Of a stretch of 64,000 nucleotides of DNA, positions 1 through 10,013 are shown piece after piece. The translations under genes were made by a program, and so were the position numbers. Position 1 is the stretch's first letter. Each line of letters starts with the position of its first letter. Source of the DNA: Planctomycetota bacterium (GTDB lineage: Bacteria > Planctomycetota > UBA8108 > SXIK01); contig OZ244999.1 of NCBI GenBank assembly GCA_965223265.1, positions 5,056,001 to 5,120,000 on the forward strand. The letters are read 5' to 3'. A model generated the notes under the pieces. That model saw only the letters and a program-made list of their open reading frames with translations, made no database searches and was not told the DNA's origin.

Positions 1-206
1 TGCGCCAACTCATATGCGTCCCGCTGCCGCGCTTGAGAGCCGCCGCTCGCGAGCGCGGCGATGAGCTCATCGTTGGTGCGTCCATCCTCAGCCGACGCAG
101 CGACGAAGAGATAGACAAGAACACAGACGATGACGATCAGCAGCGGAAACAGGAAAAGCTGAGGAATCAGCTGTCCGAAGGTGGTCCGATTCGAGACTGG
201 AGCCAC
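1..206 (-). CDS. 5' part of a membrane-anchored helical/HEAT-repeat-like protein (runs off the window)
   Basis: Manual translation from GTG at 206: MAPVSNRTTFGQLIPQLFLFPLLIVIVCVLVYLFVAASAEDGRTNDELIAALASGGSQARQRDAYELA. One TM helix followed by a HEAT-like helix; promoter upstream. Confidence 0.6.
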   Translation of the reverse strand, partial: MAPVSNRTTFGQLIPQLFLFPLLIVIVCVLVYLFVAASAEDGRTNDELIAALASGGSQARQRDAYELA

Positions 207-260
207 TGCTTGCCGTTCCGGACTCGTGGCGGACGCCAGCGAAGCCCACAGACACCATCT

Positions 261-285
261 TAAGTCATTCTAAAGACGAAACTTA
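261..285. promoter_or_regulatory. Palindromic operator-like site TAAGT-N15-ACTTA
   Basis: taagt cattctaaagacgaa actta; a site with the same spacing occurs at 19390-19414. Confidence 0.45.
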
Positions 286-312
286 GGAAGCCTCCGCAGC
301 TTCCCACTGAGT

Positions 313-341
313 ATCATAGGAAGCGGCGAATGCCGGTTCAA
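313..341 (-). promoter_or_regulatory. sigma70-type promoter
   Basis: TTGAAC-N17-TATGAT on the minus strand, upstream of the partial CDS. Confidence 0.5.
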
Positions 342-358
342 GTGAGGGCGGGCGCGTC

Positions 359-1231
359 TTATTGTCGCACCGGTGGCCCGAGCTCGCGGCGACACTTCCC
401 CGCCAGCTCGGTAGCCGCCTCCCGCACAAGATCCGGCTCTCCCTGCTGGAAGGCGCCCAGCACGAGAGACACCGGACTGAACGTCACGTGCTGATCCGCA
501 GCTTCTTCGTTGGCTTCACTGGACGTAAAGCTGAGACACGGCCAGGGCCCCATCCCTTTGAGCATCAACCAACGCCCCGGATAGCCCAACCTCGCGCGCT
601 GCCGCTCACCGAAAAGAAAACCCAAGGCAACCAGCGTGTTCAGGGGCACGCCGTCGGCGGGAAAGCGCTCGACGGGCAATTCAGCGGCGAGGGCCTCCGC
701 CAGTCGAAGCTCGCCGTCCTCATCCCAAAAATCCGTCCGCAGCCCGAAGACCTCGCGAAGGAGGAACATGCCCACGGTGGCAACTTGAAACGCCACGTCG
801 GGTTCGAGCCCGTTGCCAAAGCAGACCACGGGGACGGCGAGACACTCGAACTCGGAGACTTTTCCCCGTCCAAAAAGCGTCCCAAGGACCGCCGGGATCG
901 GGTGCAGGGACGCGAACCGGATCCTTCCCGCCGCCGACGTCACTTCGCCCTTGATCTCTAACAGCACGTTGATGACGTGGACGAGGAGCTCCTCCTCCCA
1001 CTCTTTCACCATGACGACGAGAAAGCAATCGGCGGAATCGAGTCGAGTTTGAAAGAACCGGCAGGCATCAGAGTTCGGGTGACGGGAGTTGTGAGGTTCG
1101 ATGGAGAACAACTCTTCCCCTCGGGCGCGGCAGGCAAAGACCACTTTTTCCACCGCACGCTCCACAGTGTCGCCCGGTTCCAGCTGAACACCCGGAAATT
1201 CCATCACAGCGATCTCGTCGTCTCTTTTCAT
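359..1231 (-). CDS. hypothetical protein (C-terminal part weakly DUF3806-like)
   Basis: Long ORF with globular composition; probable start MKRDDEIAVM at 1231; segment LVALGFLFGE...GRW...PCL. Confidence 0.6.
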   Translation of the reverse strand: MKRDDEIAVMEFPGVQLEPGDTVERAVEKVVFACRARGEELFSIEPHNSRHPNSDACRFFQTRLDSADCFLVVMVKEWEEELLVHVINVLLEIKGEVTSAAGRIRFASLHPIPAVLGTLFGRGKVSEFECLAVPVVCFGNGLEPDVAFQVATVGMFLLREVFGLRTDFWDEDGELRLAEALAAELPVERFPADGVPLNTLVALGFLFGERQRARLGYPGRWLMLKGMGPWPCLSFTSSEANEEAADQHVTFSPVSLVLGAFQQGEPDLVREAATELAGKCRRELGPPVRQ

Positions 1232-1640
1232 TTTGCCGCGCGAACGCCACCGCACGCCCCGCTGCGGTGCCACCGACCGCCAGCGATTGGCAACTCGACA
1301 GCGGGAATCGATCGTGCTTGGCACTCCGCGCCGGAGAGCGCAAGGGAGTTGATCCCCCACCAGGATTGTCGGGATACGAACAAGGTGTCAGGTCCAATAA
1401 CTCGCGGGCCGGGGCGCGCGGAATGACCAAACTCGCGTTCGTGGGGCCTGGCGTCGGTGCGCACCTTTGTCGCAACCTATTAGCGACCCAATGCCTACGA
1501 TTTCAAAGGTATTCTTCCGCCGGTATCAGAAAGACGCCGATCAACGGCTCATTTCGCCGCCTCCAGGCTGGAGCGGCAAACTCCGCTAGCGGCGGCCTCT
1601 TTCCCTTCGGCTCGCGCGCTCCAACGGACGAAGAAACGGC

Positions 1641-3320
1641 ATGACTATGGTCTTGACGGCATCCTCTGAGCGATCGGCAAAGCGGCGATTCAACGTTGCT
1701 TCGGTAGCCGTAGCGTTAGCGGCCCTGTGGGCGACGCATGTTATCGGCCGTGGGAGCCCAGGCGCTGTCTGGTCGCAGTCCGTCTTGTCCACGGTCGTCA
1801 TGACACTAGCGGGAGAGAGCTTGCGGAACGGTCTGTGGTCACTCATCGTCGAGCGCCGTGCCGTACGGGCGGGCATTCTGAGCGCCGCTTCGCTCCTCGC
1901 CTACGCCGCCGGGTGCCTGGCGGCGGTGTGCGGCGAGCTGGGCCTGTCCTTGCCGGCGGCGGCCGCCGCGGCACCGCATCTCCTGACGGGGAGTGCGACC
2001 GCGATCGGCGCGCACCACCTGGCTCGCGAATTCGACCCGGCGCCGCTGACTCCGGCGCCGCGGGCGGTGACGATCGCAGTGACGACGGCGCTGCTCTCAT
2101 GCGTCGCTGCGGCCTGGTTCATGGCTGGCCCAGAGACCGCCCCGGCTGCCCTCTTGTTGGTCCTTGGAGTCGTCGCTGCCACGCCCTGCTGGCTCACGAC
2201 GGCTGAGCCGCCAGCCTCAAGCGACGCGGCAGACCACAACCTGGCTGACATCAACTCGGTCGTGCTTGAGAAGAGCGAAGTGGTCACAAGTGGGCACTGC
2301 GAAATCGAAGCCATCCTTCCGATTGCCCCTGAGGCCACAGATGAAGAGGTCGTCCACCTGGCGGCGGTGTCTGAATACGTGCTACCGCCCCACCCTATTC
2401 GCGACGCGATTCTTCGCCACACTCAGGGTGGCTTTACTGTACCGTCGATCAAGAAGCACCAACATTCACCGGGCCGCGGCGTGGCAGCACAGCTCGCCGG
2501 CAAGGATCTTCGCTTCGGCAACGTCGAGTGGATGCGTGAGAGTGGATGGTCCGACGACGAACTCACGCAAGCACTTGAGATCACCCGCGATCAATACGAA
2601 AAGGGACGCTCGGTGCTGTATGTCGGATTCCGCGGCAAAATCGTCGGTGCCGTGTGCCTTCGCGAGGAGCTGCGCCCGGGAATCGAGGAGTTCGTCGCAA
2701 CGCTGCAGGCGATCGGCGTCGAAGTCGGCATCACGAGCGGAGACAGCCCTACCACAGTCGCCGCGTTGCTCCCGGAGTTTCGCGACATACGCGTCTTCGC
2801 TGGACTTCACCCCGACGGTCGTTTAGACGCTCTCAAGGAGTTGGCACGTCAGCGGAAAGACGTCGCCCTCATCGCGAAACAGAACTCGCCGATCAGCCGA
2901 CGTGCGACTGAGATTGGGGCCGTCTTCGAACTACGCCAAAACGGCGACGTCTACCGGTTGAAGCGCGCCTCGTCGCCCCCGCAGCGCTGCGGAAAGAATC
3001 TAGCGCATGTTGCAACTCTGCTGCAAGATGCGAAGCGAGAACGCGACCGCAAACGACGCCGGCGCGTCTTCGCGGCAGCCCACAACTTCGTCATCGTCCC
3101 AGGAGCCTTCGGTGCCGCCGCCGCACTGCTCGGAAGTTGGTCATGGCCACTCGTCGGTAGCTTGCTTGGAGTCGGCTCAGCGGCTGTAATGCATAGGGTG
3201 CACGCCCAGACCGCGACGCCAGGCGATCAGCAAAAACCCCCGGAGATGACGACACGCGAGGCCCCGCAGGCCGACTCGCTGAAGCTCGAAGCGTACAGCG
3301 AACCGATCGGACCGCGTTGA
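1641..3320 (+). CDS. degenerate heavy-metal (P1B) P-type ATPase-like membrane protein
   Basis: N-domain SE..HPI and PGRGV, GN..W, ITSGD and FAGLHP motifs are present. DKTGTLT is replaced by EKSEVVT; no GDGxND or actuator domain is visible. Confidence 0.7.
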   Translation: MTMVLTASSERSAKRRFNVASVAVALAALWATHVIGRGSPGAVWSQSVLSTVVMTLAGESLRNGLWSLIVERRAVRAGILSAASLLAYAAGCLAAVCGELGLSLPAAAAAAPHLLTGSATAIGAHHLAREFDPAPLTPAPRAVTIAVTTALLSCVAAAWFMAGPETAPAALLLVLGVVAATPCWLTTAEPPASSDAADHNLADINSVVLEKSEVVTSGHCEIEAILPIAPEATDEEVVHLAAVSEYVLPPHPIRDAILRHTQGGFTVPSIKKHQHSPGRGVAAQLAGKDLRFGNVEWMRESGWSDDELTQALEITRDQYEKGRSVLYVGFRGKIVGAVCLREELRPGIEEFVATLQAIGVEVGITSGDSPTTVAALLPEFRDIRVFAGLHPDGRLDALKELARQRKDVALIAKQNSPISRRATEIGAVFELRQNGDVYRLKRASSPPQRCGKNLAHVATLLQDAKRERDRKRRRRVFAAAHNFVIVPGAFGAAAALLGSWSWPLVGSLLGVGSAAVMHRVHAQTATPGDQQKPPEMTTREAPQADSLKLEAYSEPIGPR

Positions 3321-3353
3321 GAGCGACTCGAGCCCCCAACACTTGCACCGAGA

Positions 3354-4586
3354 GTGATGACCGAATCCTCCCCTCCTGACAGTCACGCCGACTTCATTCG
3401 CCTCAGCGGCCGCCTCGACCGCCTGCCGGCATACATGTTCGGTCAGATCAATGCTCTCAAGTTGAAACTGCGTCGCTCCCAAGTCGATATCATCGACATG
3501 GCGATGGGCAACCCAACGGATGCCACGCCACAGTTGATCATCGACAAACTCTGCGAGGTCGTCCGCGACCCGCGCAACCATCGGTACTCGACGGCGGGGG
3601 GCATCGACAATCTGCGACGCGAAGTGGCAAAGTACTACCGCTCGCAGTGGAGCGTGGATCTCGACCCGGAAAGCCAAGTGATCGCGACGATCGGGTCCAA
3701 GGAAGGGTTCAGCCACCTTTGCCTTGCCCTCCTCGGTCCGGGGGATACAGCACTCGTGCCGAGCCCAGCATTCCCGATTCACTCCAATGCGGTCGTGCTG
3801 GCCGGAGCGAGCTACATCGCACTCTCAGTCGTCGACGATGAGCAACTGCTCAGAAGCGTGAGCGACACCTGCGGCACGCTCAGACCGAAGCCAAAGGTCT
3901 TGTTCCTCAACTACCCGCACAACCCCACCGGCCACACCGTTGAAGCCGACTTCTTTAAGGAAATCGTCCGCATCGCGAAAGCGCACGAGCTGATCGTGGT
4001 TCACGACTTTGCGTACGGTCAGCTGTGCTTCGACGACTACCGGGCCCCAAGCTTTCTGGAGACACCCGGGGCGGTTGACGTCGGAGTCGAGTTCATCACG
4101 ATGTCGAAGGCGTTTAACATGGCAGGCTGGCGCATCGGATTCTGCGCCGGTAACAAAAAGATCATCGGCGGCCTCGCCGCCATCAAGGGGTACTACGACT
4201 ACGGCATCTTCCAGGCTATCCAGATCGCGTCGATCATCGGCCTCCGCCACTGCGCAGACTTCGCCCGCCAGCAGGCAGAAAAGTACGCACGGCGCCGCGA
4301 CGCGCTGGTGACGGCACTCAGACGCATGGGCTGGGAGGGTGTGAAGAATCCGCGCGCAGGGATGTTCGTTTGGTCCGCGATTCCGAAACCCTTTGGCGAG
4401 CGGGGCTCGCTCGAGCTGTCGCGCTACCTCATGGAGGAGGCCCGCGTGGCGGTTTCGCCTGGGATCGGGTTCGGCCCCGATGGCGAAGGGCACGTCCGGC
4501 TGGCGCTGATCGAAAACCGCCAGCGACTTCTGCAAGGCGCGCGTCAGATGAAGCGCGCGCTGCAAAAGTGGAATGCGCCCGCGTAG
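3354..4586 (+). CDS. PLP-dependent aminotransferase class I/II (AlaC/LL-DAP aminotransferase-like)
   Basis: MGNPT, IGSKEG, NYPHNPTG, HDFAY, TMSKAFNMAGWRIGF. Confidence 0.9.
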   Translation: MMTESSPPDSHADFIRLSGRLDRLPAYMFGQINALKLKLRRSQVDIIDMAMGNPTDATPQLIIDKLCEVVRDPRNHRYSTAGGIDNLRREVAKYYRSQWSVDLDPESQVIATIGSKEGFSHLCLALLGPGDTALVPSPAFPIHSNAVVLAGASYIALSVVDDEQLLRSVSDTCGTLRPKPKVLFLNYPHNPTGHTVEADFFKEIVRIAKAHELIVVHDFAYGQLCFDDYRAPSFLETPGAVDVGVEFITMSKAFNMAGWRIGFCAGNKKIIGGLAAIKGYYDYGIFQAIQIASIIGLRHCADFARQQAEKYARRRDALVTALRRMGWEGVKNPRAGMFVWSAIPKPFGERGSLELSRYLMEEARVAVSPGIGFGPDGEGHVRLALIENRQRLLQGARQMKRALQKWNAPA

Positions 4587-4973
4587 CCACAGGCCAAGCC
4601 GCAAACCACGGCGAGGCCAAGGCCTGCAGCCGCTCCTCGCGAGGCCGGCGACGGCCGCCGCAACCGCGACTCCCAGCCGGATGGTGAGTGCAGGTTGAAT
4701 TTCCCCCCCGCGAGACGCTAAGATTAGGCCTTTCTTCGGCGAGACCCTCGCAACACTTAGGCCCACATCCGTGGCACAAGTCCGGAGCGCGGTCTGACGC
4801 GAATACGCGTCGTGCACGCTGCACGAAGAGTCGGCGGCGCTGTCGGTCGAAGAGGAACACTCCCATCAATGGTCATGGGAGGCTCGTACCGGTAGTCTCC
4901 GCTTCGCCTCGGGCACGGAAAGCACTACACAGTTCAACAGTTCGGATCCGCTACAGCAAAGCAAAGGAGAACA

Positions 4974-6104
4974 ATGGCAGCTGACAGTTCGCAAGAGGTC
5001 CGCGAGGGACTCGTTGGTGTCGTTTCGAATCGTTCATCCGTCTCTTCAATCATCGGTACGACGCTGACGTATCGCGGGATCAACATCGACGATCTGACAG
5101 AGAATGGGACGTTTTCCGAAATCGTCTATCTTCTCTGGAACTCGAAGCTGCCGAATCAGAAGGAGCTCGACGATCTACGCTCGGCGTTGTGCAAGTCGTT
5201 CACGCTTCCAGAGGCGGCGCTCGTCTACCTGCGGGCGATTCCGCGCGATGCAGACCCGATGCGCGTCCTCCAGGGGGGGATGTCGATTCTCGGAATGTAC
5301 GACGCGGATGCAGATTCGAACGACGACGCAGCAAACAGACGCAAGGCCATCCGGATCACGGCGCAGCTCACAGCTCTCACCTGCGCGTATCACCGCATCC
5401 GCACTGGCAACGAACCAGTGGAGTCGGATGCCTCGCTCTCCTTCGCGGGCAACTTCTTCTACCTCCTCAACGGACGCAAGCCGGATGCGATCGAGGTCGA
5501 AGCCATCGACAAAGCGCTCATCCTGCACGCCGATCACGAACTCAACGCCTCAACGTTTTCAGCGCGGGTGACGGCGAGCACGCTGTCAGACATGCACTCG
5601 TCGTTGGCGTCGGCAATCGGCACCCTGAAGGGACCGCTCCATGGTGGCGCGAATCGGGCGGTCATGGAATCCCTACAGGAAATCGGCTCGATCGAGAATG
5701 TTGAGCCGTGGCTCGAAAAGAAGATCGCCAACAAAGAGAAAATCATGGGATTCGGCCATCGCGTCTACAAAGAAGGGGACCCGCGGGCGAAGCACTTGAA
5801 GCTGATGTCCAAGAAGCTCGGTGAGCTCACCGGGCAGCCCCATTGGTACGAGATGTCGAACCGGCTCGAAGAGCTGTTCACGAGCAAGAAGCCTTTTCCG
5901 CCGAACGTCGACTTCTACAGCGCGTCGACCTACTACTGTCTGGGACTGCCAGCCGACCTGTACACACCGATCTTCGCGTGTAGTCGAGTGGCGGGGTGGA
6001 TCGCGCACCTCTTCGAGCAGTACGCAGAGAACGCGCTCATCCGTCCACGCGCGCTCTACACCGGCCCGCAGAAGGCAGAGTGGGTTCCCATCGAGAAACG
6101 TTGA
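4974..6104 (+). CDS. gltA: citrate synthase (short CitZ/PrpC type)
   Basis: HADHELNAST, GPLHGGAN, GFGHRVYK, PNVDFYS; SD aaggag. Confidence 0.92.
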   Translation: MAADSSQEVREGLVGVVSNRSSVSSIIGTTLTYRGINIDDLTENGTFSEIVYLLWNSKLPNQKELDDLRSALCKSFTLPEAALVYLRAIPRDADPMRVLQGGMSILGMYDADADSNDDAANRRKAIRITAQLTALTCAYHRIRTGNEPVESDASLSFAGNFFYLLNGRKPDAIEVEAIDKALILHADHELNASTFSARVTASTLSDMHSSLASAIGTLKGPLHGGANRAVMESLQEIGSIENVEPWLEKKIANKEKIMGFGHRVYKEGDPRAKHLKLMSKKLGELTGQPHWYEMSNRLEELFTSKKPFPPNVDFYSASTYYCLGLPADLYTPIFACSRVAGWIAHLFEQYAENALIRPRALYTGPQKAEWVPIEKR

Positions 6105-6157
6105 GCCCGGATGGAACGCGCTCGTCGCGGCGCGCCAGCCCCCCAACAGTGTGTTGA

Positions 6158-6499
6158 CAGCACTTTGAAACACGCCGCGGGGAGCTGGTGGGCCCGCGGC
6201 GCTAAACTCGAGTTTGGCCATCTCGCGTCGAGCCTGCCAGCGCCAGGAGCGTCGAGGCCAAGGAGCGACTCGGGCACGATCCCGCTCGGGTCGTGGCGGA
6301 GGACGGGCGCGGGCATCGGCGCTCCTGGCGTTCCCCGAAGGGCCGGACAGGAGTTTTTGAACGTGCACAAGGGTTCTCAGGGTACAAAAAAGTTGAAGGG
6401 CCTTTGAATCCCCGCGAAACTCGTCCGGCCAGGCCGGCGCGAAATGGCCAAACTCGAGATGAACGGGAAGTGAAGAATCAGCGTTTTTGAGCGGGCCTG
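6158..6499. mobile_element. decayed MITE-like element with a long internal inverted repeat
   Basis: 21-bp IR with one mismatch at 6207-6227 and 6438-6458; arms and flanks resemble the 48288-48465 MITE; outer boundaries are approximate. Confidence 0.5.
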
Positions 6500-6543
6500 C
6501 CCGCCCAGAATCGTCTGTAGGCGCTACAGGGGAGAAGACGGCC

Positions 6544-8595
6544 ATGGCGTTTTCGCCGCAGCCAGATGAACATCGTCGCTTGCTGTCGCGTCTCAACAGC
6601 GCTCAGCGCGAAGCGGTCTCAACGACCGAGGGACCGGTGCTGGTGCTGGCTGGTGCGGGCACCGGCAAGACGCGGGTGATCACCTACCGCATCGCGCATC
6701 TCCTCAAACGCGGCACGCCCCCGAGATCGATCCTGGCGTTGACGTTCACCAACAAAGCGGCGAAGGAGATGCGCGAACGCATCTCCAAGCTTCTCGGCCA
6801 GCGCCCCAAGGGACTGGTTCTGTCAACGTTTCATTCGTTCGGCATGCGGATCTTGAAGAGTCACGCGGCAGCCCTCGGGTATCGCGCCAACTTCACGATC
6901 TACGACACAAGTGACCAGCTGGCTCTCTTGCGGACAGTGGCGAATGAAGTGCGTGGGACGGCGGCTTGTCCCGATCCGAAGACGATCCTGCATGCCATCT
7001 CACGCGCGAAAAGCCAGTTCTTGCTCCCTGAGGACTACATGGATCAGGCGGACGACGACTGGAGCTTCTTCGTCGCGGTTGTCTACAAGAAGTACCAAGA
7101 GCAACTGCAACTGCTCAACGCGACCGACTTTGACGACTTGATCTTGCTTCCGGTTCGCCTCCTAGAACGAAACGCCGAGATCCGAGACCGATATCGACAC
7201 CAACTGCGCTACATCATGGTCGACGAGTATCAGGACACGAACTCGTCTCAGTACCGCATGCTCCAGGCACTCGTTAGCCCGGAGCAGAACATCTGTGTCG
7301 TCGGCGACGACGACCAGTCGATCTACGGATTCCGTGGTGCCGACCACCAAAAAATCCTCGGTTTCGCGCGAGACTTTAGGGGCGCCAGGACCGTGACGCT
7401 CGAAGAGAACTACCGCTCGACATCCTCGATCCTCGAGTTAGCCAACGCGGTCATCGCGTGCAACGTCGAACGTCACGCCAAGCGCCTGCAGAGCAAGCTT
7501 GGCGAAGGAGTGCCGGTACGCTGGGTCACCGTCGAAGACGAAGCGACTGAGGTGTCCTTCGTCGTCAGCGAGATCGACATTTTGCGGCGCGACCCGAGCA
7601 CCAGCCAACAATCGATCGCCATCCTCATGCGCTCTTCGCAGCAGGGGCGTGCATTCGAGAGCGAGCTGCGCCTGCGCTCGATCCCGTACCGCGTCGTTGG
7701 CGGCCCATCCTATTTCGACCGCAAAGAGATCCGTGACATCCTCGCGTACTGGAAGGTGGCCTCCAACCCGGACGACGACGTATCCCTCCTTCGTATCATC
7801 AACACCCCGCGCCGTGGCTTCGGCAAAACCACGCTGAAGCAGCTGGACGAATTCTCACAGGAGCGACGTATCTCGCTGCGCCGCTCTCTGCCGCTGATCG
7901 CCTCCGGAGAGGGCGAGTTTGCCCCAAAGATCCGCACCGCGGCATCACACCTCGACGCACTCTTCGCCCAAGCGGAAAAGCAACTGGCGCGACGTGAGTT
8001 TCCACAGATGGCCCGACAACTCCTCGCCGACGCTTGTTATGACGAGGTTCTCAACAGCCTCTACACAGATCCACTCGTCAGACAAACGCGCCAAAACGCG
8101 ATCGAGGAACTTTTGGTCTCTCTCGAACGCTGGGCAGAAACGAATGCGATCGATGGCGATTTCGGCGACTTTCTCGCCGCCCTCACTCTCGAGGAGCAGG
8201 ACGCGTCAAAGGACGAAGCGCTCACACAAGGCCAAGTCGTACTCATGACGCTGCACAGCGCCAAAGGCTTGGAGTTTCCTTTCGTCTTCCTGGTTGGTGT
8301 CGAAGAAGACGTCTTACCGCACAAAAAGTCGGCGAGCGAAGGCGACCGCGCTATCGAAGAGGAACGCCGCCTCTTTTACGTCGGTATCACACGTGCGCAG
8401 CGCCAACTCGTGCTGACGCAAGCTGCCTCACGAACGCTTTACGGTAAACACCAGGCGCGACGGCCATCACGTTTTCTCGAAGAGGTGCAGCACCTCAACT
8501 TGGTGACCCACGAAACTTTAGCGGCTGCCGAAGAAGTCCCGATCGACGAGCTCGGCGGCGTCAAAGACCTCTACCGCAAGCTCACGCAGGAGTAG
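6544..8595 (+). CDS. UvrD/Rep/PcrA SF1 DNA helicase
   Basis: AGAGTGKT, TFTNKAA, VDEYQDTN, VGDDDQSIYGFRGA, NYRS, TLHSAKGLEF, EERRLFYVGITRA. Confidence 0.95.
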   Translation: MAFSPQPDEHRRLLSRLNSAQREAVSTTEGPVLVLAGAGTGKTRVITYRIAHLLKRGTPPRSILALTFTNKAAKEMRERISKLLGQRPKGLVLSTFHSFGMRILKSHAAALGYRANFTIYDTSDQLALLRTVANEVRGTAACPDPKTILHAISRAKSQFLLPEDYMDQADDDWSFFVAVVYKKYQEQLQLLNATDFDDLILLPVRLLERNAEIRDRYRHQLRYIMVDEYQDTNSSQYRMLQALVSPEQNICVVGDDDQSIYGFRGADHQKILGFARDFRGARTVTLEENYRSTSSILELANAVIACNVERHAKRLQSKLGEGVPVRWVTVEDEATEVSFVVSEIDILRRDPSTSQQSIAILMRSSQQGRAFESELRLRSIPYRVVGGPSYFDRKEIRDILAYWKVASNPDDDVSLLRIINTPRRGFGKTTLKQLDEFSQERRISLRRSLPLIASGEGEFAPKIRTAASHLDALFAQAEKQLARREFPQMARQLLADACYDEVLNSLYTDPLVRQTRQNAIEELLVSLERWAETNAIDGDFGDFLAALTLEEQDASKDEALTQGQVVLMTLHSAKGLEFPFVFLVGVEEDVLPHKKSASEGDRAIEEERRLFYVGITRAQRQLVLTQAASRTLYGKHQARRPSRFLEEVQHLNLVTHETLAAAEEVPIDELGGVKDLYRKLTQE

Positions 8596-8923
8596 CCGAG
8601 CGCCTGCAAAACTGGCGAGCAAAAAACGGCGCAGAGAGCGTCCGCCGCGACGTCCCGAGACGCCGCGGCATGGAGAGCGTACGTCACCGCGCGTGAGCAT
8701 TGCCGACTCGGCTCAAACTCAGTCATGACGCGCCATTCGCAAAGACTTGTCGCACCAGCAGCAGCAAGAAGCCAACCGCAGACGGCGCGTCCCGGAACGC
8801 CCGGATCGAGCCAAGTCCGTAGATGCTCCATGAACTGCATGGCGAAGTGCGCTGGCGTTCTGCATGATGGCGGGTCGACTCACCATTTCTGGTACCAACA
8901 TGAATCGCTGGGAGAGTATCAAG

Positions 8924-9916
8924 ATGCAGATCATTCCTGACTCAGAAACCTCACTCGCACCGCTCGAGGGGCAGACGATCGCGATCCTCGGATACGGCAA
9001 CCAGGGCCGAGCGCAGGCGCTCAACCTCCGCGACAGCGGTCTCAAAGTCATCGTCGGCAACCGTGACGACGAATATCGTGCCCGCGCGGCGGGCGATGGT
9101 TTCGAGCCAATGGAGATCAAGGCGGCGGCGCGCGACGCGGATGTGATGCTGATCCTGACCACCGATGAATCGCAGCCTCAGGTGTGGACCGATGAGATCG
9201 AGCCAGGAGTGGAGGCCGGGAACCTGCTCGTCTGGGCAAGCGGCTACAACGTCGGGTACGAGCTGATCACGCCGGCGGCGGACGTCGACGTGGTCATGGT
9301 GGCGCCGCGCATGCCGGGTGACATGGTGCGAACTCTCTTCGAGCGCGGCAAGGGCACCGTCGCTCAGTTCGCGGTACAGCAGGACGCCACTGGAGACGCT
9401 CGAGCACGCGCACTTGCGGTCAGCAAGGGAATCGGCGCCACGCGCGGAGGCGTCTTCGAATCGTCGTTTCGAGAGGAAGCCGAACTCGACCTTTTCGCAG
9501 AGCAGGTCATTTGGGCTGGACTGACGGCGTGGATCGTTGAGTGCTTCTCAATCGGCGTCGAGAAAGGATTCTCGCCGCAGCTCATGGTCATGGAATTGTA
9601 TGCGTCGGGGGAAGCGAGTGAGATCCTCGGCCTCATGGGTCGCCGCGGTTTCTTTCGCCAAATGGCGCTGCACTCAACGACGAGCCAGTATGGAACGCTG
9701 TCGCGCGGCCCGACGTTGATCTCAGACGAGATGCGCACGAAGGCGCGAGAACTCTTTCAGCGGGACATCCGCGAGGGTGCCTTTGTCGACGAATGGAATC
9801 GAGAACAGGCGGCGGGATCTCAGCGCTTGTCGGAGCTGACAAAGAAAGCCCTCGCCCATCCGATGAGCGTTGCTGAGAAGACAGTCATCGATCTACTCCA
9901 ACAGTCGCAGGCTTAG
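8924..9916 (+). CDS. ilvC: ketol-acid reductoisomerase (short, class I)
   Basis: LGYGNQGRAQALNLRDSG, VAPRMPG, EAELDLFAEQ, STTSQYG. Confidence 0.9.
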   Translation: MQIIPDSETSLAPLEGQTIAILGYGNQGRAQALNLRDSGLKVIVGNRDDEYRARAAGDGFEPMEIKAAARDADVMLILTTDESQPQVWTDEIEPGVEAGNLLVWASGYNVGYELITPAADVDVVMVAPRMPGDMVRTLFERGKGTVAQFAVQQDATGDARARALAVSKGIGATRGGVFESSFREEAELDLFAEQVIWAGLTAWIVECFSIGVEKGFSPQLMVMELYASGEASEILGLMGRRGFFRQMALHSTTSQYGTLSRGPTLISDEMRTKARELFQRDIREGAFVDEWNREQAAGSQRLSELTKKALAHPMSVAEKTVIDLLQQSQA

Positions 9917-9927
9917 CCTCGAGCTAG

Positions 9928-9946
9928 CAGCCTGTTGAAGAAAGTC
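9928..9946 (+). repeat. solo MITE/IS5-like terminal repeat
   Basis: CTAG followed by cagcctgttgaagaaagtc, matching the ends of the 48288-48465 element. Confidence 0.5.
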
Positions 9947-10013
9947 AATCAGCTGGGAGCCGCCCTAACTTTCGAGAGCTCGGAACGAAACGCGGCGGGG
10001 GAGGCCCTGTTCT

